This document shows positions 56,679-64,000 of a stretch of 64,000 nucleotides of DNA, in pieces. The notes beneath the pieces are model-generated. The model ran no database searches, was not told the DNA's origin, and saw only the letters and a program-made list of their open reading frames with translations. The first letter of the stretch is position 1. Each line of letters starts with the position of its first letter. The translations under genes and the position numbers were made by a program. Origin of the DNA: Candidatus Latescibacterota bacterium (GTDB taxonomy: Bacteria; Latescibacterota; UBA2968); assembly GCA_965205975.1 (NCBI GenBank), contig OZ242195.1, forward strand, positions 544,001-608,000, written 5' to 3'.

Positions 56679-57911
56679 ATGCTCACTTCCGACCTTTTGC
56701 TCGTGCGCCGTCGCGGGCCTTATATCGAGCCTCGCTATGTGGATGCAACAGCGCCCAGTATTATTGCGCTGGCAGAGGAAATTATCGATATCTTCTCCGA
56801 TCACCAGGGCAAGTCGCGGGGTGAATTACACAGTGCTCTGGACCTGCGTGCGGCCGAGGCAACGGATTATCGCGTTCAACGCGGTCTGACGAAATTGCTG
56901 GAAGACGATCGCTGTGAGTTTCGCATTGATAGTATTGTTGAACCCGAAGAAGTTCGCACACAGGTTTTTGGCCTCAGCAGAGAGAATCACCCCGTTGTCC
57001 GAGAACCCGATGTTCTCTATCCCGTCACACGCGAACACATTCTCGACCAGGTCGCGCTCAAATATCAGACCTCGTCGGAAAATATCGCGCATAGCCTCTA
57101 CGCAGACCTTCCCATCAATCACTACCTCGATCGCTTTGACGCCCCCGATCCCGCGTGGTTGCTCAACCGCTACAATGTCGCACTCGCGCAGGCGATGTTC
57201 TACCGCTGTACGCGCATGCGACTCTCAGTGCATCGCAACTTGCCCGTGCGCTATAAACAGCTTTTCAAGTTTATCAAATTTTATCGCTTGATACACGACA
57301 TTCGCGGCGACCGGGATGCGGGATACGAAATCGTCCTCGACGGTCCAGTAAGCCTGTTTCGTCTCTCGCAAAAATACGGCATTCAGATGGCTGTTTTTTT
57401 GCCTGCGTTGCTCTTGTGTACCCGCTGGAAAATGGAAGCGACGGTCAAATTAAAAGATGGCCGCGAAGGCGATTTTGTCCTGGACGACAACCACAATTTG
57501 CTTTCGCACTACAAAGATCAGACCATGTACGATTCTCTTCTCGAAGAGACCTTTGCTACGCGCTTTGAAAAAGCCAGGACCGACTGGGAACTCGAACGCG
57601 AAACAGAAATTGTGAATCTCAAGAATACGGTCTTCATTCCCGATTTTGCATTCCGCCATCCCGATGGTCGCACGGCGCTACTCGAGATCGTCGGTTTCTG
57701 GCATCCCGATTATCTGAGACGCAAACTCGACAAGCTCCGCCGCGCCAATCGCAAAGATCTCGTCGTCGCCGTATCCCGTGATCTCAATGTCCAGGAAGAA
57801 GATTTCGAGGATGTGCCCGGGCATGTTTTCTTTTTTAAAACTCGAATCCAACCCCAGGATGTCGCCCGACGCCTCGATCAAATTCGTCCGGAAGACTGCG
57901 TAAATGATTGA
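56679..57911 (+). CDS. DUF790 / Bax1-like endonuclease
   Basis: MLTSDLL, LYADL, RYN.ALAQ, DGP.SLF...KYG, PDF...EIVGFW..YL..K. Confidence 0.88.
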   Translation: MLTSDLLLVRRRGPYIEPRYVDATAPSIIALAEEIIDIFSDHQGKSRGELHSALDLRAAEATDYRVQRGLTKLLEDDRCEFRIDSIVEPEEVRTQVFGLSRENHPVVREPDVLYPVTREHILDQVALKYQTSSENIAHSLYADLPINHYLDRFDAPDPAWLLNRYNVALAQAMFYRCTRMRLSVHRNLPVRYKQLFKFIKFYRLIHDIRGDRDAGYEIVLDGPVSLFRLSQKYGIQMAVFLPALLLCTRWKMEATVKLKDGREGDFVLDDNHNLLSHYKDQTMYDSLLEETFATRFEKARTDWELERETEIVNLKNTVFIPDFAFRHPDGRTALLEIVGFWHPDYLRRKLDKLRRANRKDLVVAVSRDLNVQEEDFEDVPGHVFFFKTRIQPQDVARRLDQIRPEDCVND

Positions 57912-58020
57912 ACATTGCGCGGGGAAATTGTATATTTGAAACTTCTGTCGTGTTCGCAGCATCCCAAAATAGACAGACCTGTAAAACTCACAACACGGTT
58001 CACTTTCAAAGGAGTGCATT

Positions 58021-60918
58021 ATGCGGAAATCATTCGCCCTTACACTTTTTGCTCTTACACTAATAGCTTCACCTGTCTTCGCCGGGTTTACGCGCGTTAA
58101 TGCGCCCAATCCCGACGATCCGATGGATGTACACATTTACAAACTCGACAATGGCCTCACCGTTTATCTCACTGAAAACCACGAGGAACCGCGTTTTTAT
58201 GCCGAAATCCCCGTGCGTGCGGGAAGCAAACACGACCCCGCCGAATCTACGGGTCTGGCGCATTATTTGGAACACATGCTTTTTAAGGGTACGCAAAATA
58301 TTGGGACTTTGGATTATAAAAAAGAAAAAGTCCACATTGATCGCATTATCGCGCTCTACGAAGATCACTTCCGCGAAACCGATCCCGAAAAACGCAAGGC
58401 CATTTATGCAAAGATCAACAAAGCATCTCAACAGGCCGCACAATACGCTATACCGAATGAACTCGACAAACTCTACAAAGCTATGGGCGAGAGTGGTTTG
58501 AATGCACACACCTGGCACGAAGAAACCGTGTACAAAGTGGGGTTGCCCAGCAATTATCTCAAACACTGGGCAAAAATTGAGTCCGAACGGTTTCAAAATC
58601 CCGTGTTTCGTTTGTTCCAACCCGAACTGGAAGTGGTATATGAAGAAAAAAACCGCACATTGGACAACAAAGGCTGGCTCATCAGCGAGGCAGTGAACAA
58701 ACGCCTGTACAAAAATCATCCCTATGGTCAGCAAACCACGATTGGCGAGGTTGAACATCTCAAAAATCCCTCGCTCAAAAATATGTACCAATTTTACGAC
58801 ACGTATTACGTGCCCAATAATATGGCGATTTGTATTTCGGGCGATATTGACATCGACGCGACGATTCAACTGATTGACGAACATTTCTCAGCATGGAAAG
58901 CCAAAGATATTCCCGCGCTCCAAACATGGGAAGAATCGGCGATTAAAGGCGCTGAGCGCGTCACGGTCAAATTTCAGGGCGAAGAATACGTACTTCTGGC
59001 TTTTCGCACAAATCACCGCAGCGACAAAGACGCCGAAGCTCTAAAGCTGATTGATATGATTCTGGACAATCGCACTGCAGGGCTTATCAATCTCAATCTC
59101 GTGCAGCAGCAGAAAGTACGACGCGCGGGAAGTTATCCCTACTTGCACAATGACTACGGCACGCAATATCTGTGGGGTATTCCAAAAAGAGATCAAACAC
59201 TCGCCGAAGTTGAGCAACTGCTGTTGGATCAAATTGCCATGATTAAACGCGGGGAATTTGACGAAAGCCTGTTGTCTGCGATTGTCACGGATTTCAAAAA
59301 GAACCAAAAACGGGGTTTGGAATCCAATCGCAGTCGGGTCAGACAAATGACCAGTGCGTTTCTGGGATTTGCCGAATGGGATCAAGAGGTTGCTGAAATT
59401 GCCCGAATGGAAAAAATCACGCGAGAAGATATCGTGCGCGTAGCCAATCATTATTTTGGCGAGGACTATGTTGCGGGCTATCGCATTGACGAACAACACG
59501 AATTGCCCAAGATCGAGAAGCCCAAAATCGACAAAATTGATATTGATCCTACGCGGCAATCCGAATTTGCAAAAGATGTGCTGGCTATGTCTGCCGATGA
59601 GCTTTCTCCCATTTTTGTTACCGATAAAGACTACACCATTGCACAGGTTCGGGATGGTGTAAAACTCTACTATGTGAAAAATCCGGTTAACGACCTTTTC
59701 ACTTTTACGCTGAGTGTAGATATGGGGACGTATCAGGATAATCGACTCAGCACGGCCAGGTCGCTTCTGGATAAATCCGGTGCTGGCGACCTGGCTCCCG
59801 ATGCGCTGAAGAGAGAATGGTACAAACTGGGTACGGATTTCAATATTGGCGTGTCAGACAATGAGACCAATATTAGTATTTCCGGTTTAGATGAAAATTT
59901 TGGGGCTTCTCTTTCGCTGATGATGAAATACGTCCAGAGCCCGACTGCGGATCAGGCCACGCTCGATGAACTCGTCAAAATCACCCTCGCGCAACGCGAA
60001 GATCAAAAGAAAGACCCCCGGTCTTTGCGCAATGCCCTGCGTTTCTACAGTCGTTATGGCGACAATTCGTCGTACAAACGCCGCATTTCTTCTGAGGCAT
60101 TGCAAAAGCTCACTGTTGCAGAATTACACGGTTTGATATCCAGCCTGCCGACATATCAACATGTCCTGATTTACGGTGGTTCCAGGCCGCTCGACGAAGT
60201 TCTTGCGACGATCAAAGAGCATTTCCCCAACAGTGGTGACTTAAGAACGCCTCCTGCTTATGAGCATCTCGCAGTTCACGCGCCAGATAAAACCGAGATT
60301 CGATTCTTTCACAAAGAAACGGCGCAGTCTCAGGTTTTTGTCGAGTTTGGAGGCGTTGCGTTCGATATGGCACTCCGTCCAGCTATTGATCTCTACAACG
60401 ATTATTTTGCCGGGGGTATGTCGGGTATTGTTTTTCAGGAATTGCGCGAAGCCCGCGCACTGGCGTATTCTACATTTGCGCGGTATGACCTCGGTGATCG
60501 CAGCAATGATCAGAATGTCATGTGGGGATATATTGGCTGCCAGGCTGACAAAACCCCGGAGGCTGTTGCTGCGCTGGTCGAGTTGATTGACGATTTGCCC
60601 GAATCGCCCGAGCGTTTTGTAGAAGCCAAAAATTCTGTGGTCAATCGCTATCGCGTCGCCAAAATCAAATACCGCGAGTTACCCGGCGTGTTGCGTATTT
60701 GGGAACGCCGCAACCAGACGCCCGACCCGCGAAAAGAGCGGTTTGATCACATTCTTCAGGCTGAGATGCCGATTGTGTTCGATTTCCACAAGCAGCATAT
60801 TGCCAAACGCCCCAAACTTATCTCTATTATGGGCGACACGACCAAATTTGATCTCAATAGTCTGAGGACACTCGGCACGGTTACGCCCGTGACACTGGAG
60901 GATTTGTTTGTGGAATAG
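58021..60918 (+). CDS. M16 (insulinase) zinc peptidase, exported
   Basis: Signal peptide; HYLEH (HxxEH); RE.RALAYS. Confidence 0.92.
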   Translation: MRKSFALTLFALTLIASPVFAGFTRVNAPNPDDPMDVHIYKLDNGLTVYLTENHEEPRFYAEIPVRAGSKHDPAESTGLAHYLEHMLFKGTQNIGTLDYKKEKVHIDRIIALYEDHFRETDPEKRKAIYAKINKASQQAAQYAIPNELDKLYKAMGESGLNAHTWHEETVYKVGLPSNYLKHWAKIESERFQNPVFRLFQPELEVVYEEKNRTLDNKGWLISEAVNKRLYKNHPYGQQTTIGEVEHLKNPSLKNMYQFYDTYYVPNNMAICISGDIDIDATIQLIDEHFSAWKAKDIPALQTWEESAIKGAERVTVKFQGEEYVLLAFRTNHRSDKDAEALKLIDMILDNRTAGLINLNLVQQQKVRRAGSYPYLHNDYGTQYLWGIPKRDQTLAEVEQLLLDQIAMIKRGEFDESLLSAIVTDFKKNQKRGLESNRSRVRQMTSAFLGFAEWDQEVAEIARMEKITREDIVRVANHYFGEDYVAGYRIDEQHELPKIEKPKIDKIDIDPTRQSEFAKDVLAMSADELSPIFVTDKDYTIAQVRDGVKLYYVKNPVNDLFTFTLSVDMGTYQDNRLSTARSLLDKSGAGDLAPDALKREWYKLGTDFNIGVSDNETNISISGLDENFGASLSLMMKYVQSPTADQATLDELVKITLAQREDQKKDPRSLRNALRFYSRYGDNSSYKRRISSEALQKLTVAELHGLISSLPTYQHVLIYGGSRPLDEVLATIKEHFPNSGDLRTPPAYEHLAVHAPDKTEIRFFHKETAQSQVFVEFGGVAFDMALRPAIDLYNDYFAGGMSGIVFQELREARALAYSTFARYDLGDRSNDQNVMWGYIGCQADKTPEAVAALVELIDDLPESPERFVEAKNSVVNRYRVAKIKYRELPGVLRIWERRNQTPDPRKERFDHILQAEMPIVFDFHKQHIAKRPKLISIMGDTTKFDLNSLRTLGTVTPVTLEDLFVE

Positions 60919-60928
60919 GAGTGGACAG

Positions 60929-62020
60929 ATGAAGATCACTGAGATAAAAACATATCATTTGCGATATCCCTTGCGAGAGAAGATCGCGATTTCGAGGGGA
61001 TGGTCCACGAGCCGACAGGCGCAAGTTGTGGAGATCGCCACAGATAATGGCTTGATTGGGTGGGGTGAGGGGACAGGCGAAGTCCATCGATCTGCGATTG
61101 ATGCGCATATTGTGGGGCGCAGTCCGTTTGATTGCGGCGCGATCTATCAGGCGTTGTCCGATGATGGGGTAAGTCCGCAGGCGATCAGTGGGATAGATAT
61201 TGCGCTGTGGGATTTGATGGGCAAAGCTCTCGAGATGCCGGTGTATCAATTGTTGGGTGGGAAGGTGAGAGACAAGATTCCCGCGTATGCTACCGGGTTA
61301 TTTTGCATAGACCGCCCGGATGTGACACAGGCACTTGTCGATGAGGCAAAAGGGTATGTCGATATGGGTTTTCCGGCGATGAAAATGAAGATCGGATTTG
61401 GCGCGGCTTACGATGTCAAAAATGTAGGGGCAGTTCGGCAGGCAATAGGCGATGATGTGTTGTTTGCCGTGGATGCCAATTGCGGGTATGATGTGGGTAC
61501 GGCTATTGATGTGGGGCATAAGATCGCACACAATGATTTGTTCTGGTATGAAGAGCCAATACCAACAGATGATGTGCGCGGGTATTTGCAGGTGAAAGGC
61601 GCGTTGCCTATACGCATTGCAGGCGCGGAAGGGCTGGGTGGGCGTTGGGCGTTCCGCGAGTTGATTCAGCAGCGGGCACTTGATATCGTGCAGCCCGATA
61701 TCAGCATTGCAGGTGGGTTTAGCGAATGTCGTATTATTGCGGCGATGGCGAGTGCAAATTATGTGCGGGTTTTGCCGCATATGTGGGGCAGTCATATTCG
61801 GTTGGCGGCGACTGTTCACTGGCAGGCTACCATTCCCGATGCGCCAGATGCGTTGAACCCAATTCCGTCCCTGTTTGAATACGATATGACAGAAAATGAG
61901 TTGCGGACGGAATTGGCTGTAAATCCGATTCAGGCTGTAGATGGCGAATTGCCCGTGCCCGATGCGCCGGGATTAGGCATTGAGATTGATCGAGATGTGT
62001 TGGAAAAATACGCTGTTTGA
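60929..62020 (+). CDS. Mandelate racemase/muconate lactonizing enzyme family protein
   Basis: GIDIALWD, KMKIG, DAN, WYEEP. Confidence 0.9.
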   Translation: MKITEIKTYHLRYPLREKIAISRGWSTSRQAQVVEIATDNGLIGWGEGTGEVHRSAIDAHIVGRSPFDCGAIYQALSDDGVSPQAISGIDIALWDLMGKALEMPVYQLLGGKVRDKIPAYATGLFCIDRPDVTQALVDEAKGYVDMGFPAMKMKIGFGAAYDVKNVGAVRQAIGDDVLFAVDANCGYDVGTAIDVGHKIAHNDLFWYEEPIPTDDVRGYLQVKGALPIRIAGAEGLGGRWAFRELIQQRALDIVQPDISIAGGFSECRIIAAMASANYVRVLPHMWGSHIRLAATVHWQATIPDAPDALNPIPSLFEYDMTENELRTELAVNPIQAVDGELPVPDAPGLGIEIDRDVLEKYAV

Positions 62021-62056
62021 GTTGGCGTTCGATAACAATAAACACAAGGAACTAAG

Positions 62057-63223
62057 ATGAAAATTCACGAATATCAGGCTAAAGAAATTCTCAGATCCTT
62101 TGGCGTGCCTGTGCCAAATGGTGCCGTTGCTCGTACGCCCGAAGAGGCCGAAGCGATTGCCAAAGACCTCGGTGGGGCAGTGGTCGTCAAGGCGCAGATC
62201 CACGCAGGTGGTCGCGGAAAAGGGGGCGGTATTAAACTCGCAGCCGACCCTGCCGAAGCCAAAGAAGCGGCATCCGAAATTATTGGCATGCAACTCGTTA
62301 CTCCGCAAACGGGTCCTGAGGGTCAAAAAGTCAAATCCGTTTGGGTGGAAAATGCGACGGATATTGACCGAGAATTGTATCTGGGTATTGTGCTGGACCG
62401 CGCGCAGTCGCGTCTGGTTGTTATGGCTTCCCGTGCGGGTGGGATGGATATTGAAGAGGTGGCTGCAACTACTCCAGAGAAAATTCTCAAAGAGGTCGTT
62501 CATCCAGGCGTGGGTCTCCAGCCCTTTCAAGCGCGGCATCTCGCACTCGGTCTGGGGCTTGAAGGCGATCAAATCAAACAGGGGGTCGCATTTATCTCTG
62601 CCCTTTACAAAGCATATACAGAGACCGATTGTTCGCTCGCAGAGATCAATCCCCTCGTGGTGTCCAAAAGTGGGGAGGTCCTGGCTCTGGATGCCAAGAT
62701 GAATTTCGATGATAGTGCGATGTATCGCCATTCGGATATCTATGAATTGCGCGATGTTGACGAGGAAGATCCGCTCGAAGTCGAGGCCTCAAAGTACGAT
62801 CTCAATTATATCAAACTCGACGGTGAAGTCGGTTGTATGGTTAATGGCGCAGGTCTGGCGATGGCTACGATGGATATTGTCAAATACGCGGGGTCGTCAC
62901 CGGCAAACTTTCTCGATGTTGGCGGGGGAACCAATGTCGAGCGCGTCAAGAATGCGATGCGTATTCTCACGTCCGACGAAGCGGTTAAAGCCGTGCTTAT
63001 CAATATTTTTGGTGGTATTGTGCGCTGTGACCGCGTGGCAGAAGGCGTTGTTGCCGCGCTTGAAGATATCGAAATCAATGTGCCGCTGGTGGTGCGGCTA
63101 CAGGGAACTAACGCCGAGGAAGGGGCGCAAATTCTCGAAAATTCGGGTCTTGAATTTACCGTTGCCCGCAAGCTCCAGGAAGCCGCTGAGGCCGTTGTTG
63201 CTGCGGTTCAAAATGCCGCGTAA
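62057..63223 (+). CDS. sucC: Succinyl-CoA synthetase beta subunit
   Basis: KAQIHAGGRGK, NGAGLAMATMD, NIFGGIVRC. Confidence 0.96.
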   Translation: MKIHEYQAKEILRSFGVPVPNGAVARTPEEAEAIAKDLGGAVVVKAQIHAGGRGKGGGIKLAADPAEAKEAASEIIGMQLVTPQTGPEGQKVKSVWVENATDIDRELYLGIVLDRAQSRLVVMASRAGGMDIEEVAATTPEKILKEVVHPGVGLQPFQARHLALGLGLEGDQIKQGVAFISALYKAYTETDCSLAEINPLVVSKSGEVLALDAKMNFDDSAMYRHSDIYELRDVDEEDPLEVEASKYDLNYIKLDGEVGCMVNGAGLAMATMDIVKYAGSSPANFLDVGGGTNVERVKNAMRILTSDEAVKAVLINIFGGIVRCDRVAEGVVAALEDIEINVPLVVRLQGTNAEEGAQILENSGLEFTVARKLQEAAEAVVAAVQNAA

Positions 63224-63246
63224 CCCGATACCAGAGCCTAAAATAC

Positions 63247-63279
63247 AAAGGGGCGCATGATGACAGTGTGCCCCTTTTT
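63247..63279 (+). terminator. Intrinsic terminator after sucC
   Basis: AAAGGGGCGCA-N9-TGTGCCCCTTTTT. Confidence 0.75.
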
Positions 63280-63403
63280 CTTATGTCTTGTATTGACAAT
63301 ATGGCAACAATTCGGACAATATGGCAAAGTATTCAAAATCTTACAAATTTTAAATTGAAAATAAATGGTTATTTTATATCAAATTACAAATTTTTGGATT
63401 TTA

Positions 63404-63419
63404 TGGTATATATATTGCT
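63404..63419 (+). promoter_or_regulatory. Putative sigma-54 promoter
   Basis: TGGTAT-ATATA-TTGCT with GG-N10-GC spacing. Confidence 0.55.
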
Positions 63420-63466
63420 CTATAAAACGGATGTACATTCCACTACTCCAAATCAGAGGATCTCTT

Positions 63467-63772
63467 ATGCCGACTTATGAATATGCGTGTACTGCATGCG
63501 ATCACGAATTTGAAGCTTTTCACTCCATCACCGCCGATCCCATTCGCCTGTGTCCCGAATGCGGCGAGCAAAAGGTCGAGCGTCTCATTAGTGGCGGCGC
63601 GGGGTTGATCTTTAAGGGATCGGGTTTTTACATCACCGATTATCGAAGTGAAGGATACAAGGAAGCAGCTAAAAAGGATAAAGAAGCAGCCAGCGGCAAA
63701 AAATCTGAAAAAAAGAAATCAGAAACCAAAAAGACTTCTGAGTCAAAGAGTTCGGACTCTAAAGCCGCGTAA
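63467..63772 (+). CDS. FmdB-family zinc-ribbon protein
   Basis: MPTYEY.C..C, CPECG, FKGSGFY.TDY. Confidence 0.92.
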   Translation: MPTYEYACTACDHEFEAFHSITADPIRLCPECGEQKVERLISGGAGLIFKGSGFYITDYRSEGYKEAAKKDKEAASGKKSEKKKSETKKTSESKSSDSKAA

Positions 63773-63816
63773 AAGAATGGAAATTATATGCCTTTGACAG
63801 ATAGGGCGCAAAATTC

Positions 63817-64000
63817 ATGAATGCAACGTACAGAGACACTATCGCCCATCTAATCGAGATGTTGCCCTTTGAGATTGAGCCTGATGTCCAAATAACCAGT
63901 CGCCCGCCTACTATGGCGAGTTCTATGTTTCTTACGAACAAAGAGCAGGGCGACTGGGCAGAAGAGATTGTTCTCAATGCAATCAATGAAAACTCTCAGG
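63817..64000 (+). CDS. AccI-like type II restriction endonuclease (3' partial)
   Basis: Own translation: MNATYRDTI...[30 protein letters not shown], open to the window end. Confidence 0.65.
   Translation, partial: MNATYRDTIAHLIEMLPFEIEPDVQITSRPPTMASSMFLTNKEQGDWAEEIVLNAINENSQ

Overview
Bacterial chromosomal window with two regimes. Positions 1-20.1 kb form an accessory region ending at the 3' end of a minus-strand tRNA-Asn. It starts with catabolic genes (sulfatase, sialidase-like, enolase-family, PhyH dioxygenases). It then becomes a mosaic of an AAA/PD-(D/E)XK protein, glutamate decarboxylase, a NYN RNase, many intact and broken toxin-antitoxin (TA) genes and a probable serine-recombinase remnant. 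From 20.3 kb to 64 kb it is mostly housekeeping: tadA, three tRNAs, a large SRP RNA, dnaX-ybaB-recR-pgsA-pgpA-recA-recX-alaS, a GGGP synthase, ptsHI, metK, a sigma-54 two-component operon, XPB and Bax1-like genes, an M16 peptidase and sucC. This part carries small insertions, namely a repeat surface protein between recA and recX, a TA cluster at 53.4-54.7 kb and a restriction endonuclease at the right edge. The gene content (PhyH expansion, dockerin/CARDB repeat protein, group II GGGPS) suggests an FCB-affiliated, Latescibacterota-like, possibly sponge-associated organism; this is inference only. The best candidate for an undescribed system is a promoter, a ~130-nt four-hairpin RNA and a terminator directly upstream of a solitary NYN ribonuclease (17283-18130), which resembles an RNA-antitoxin module. 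All family assignments come from motif recognition by eye; no searches were run.
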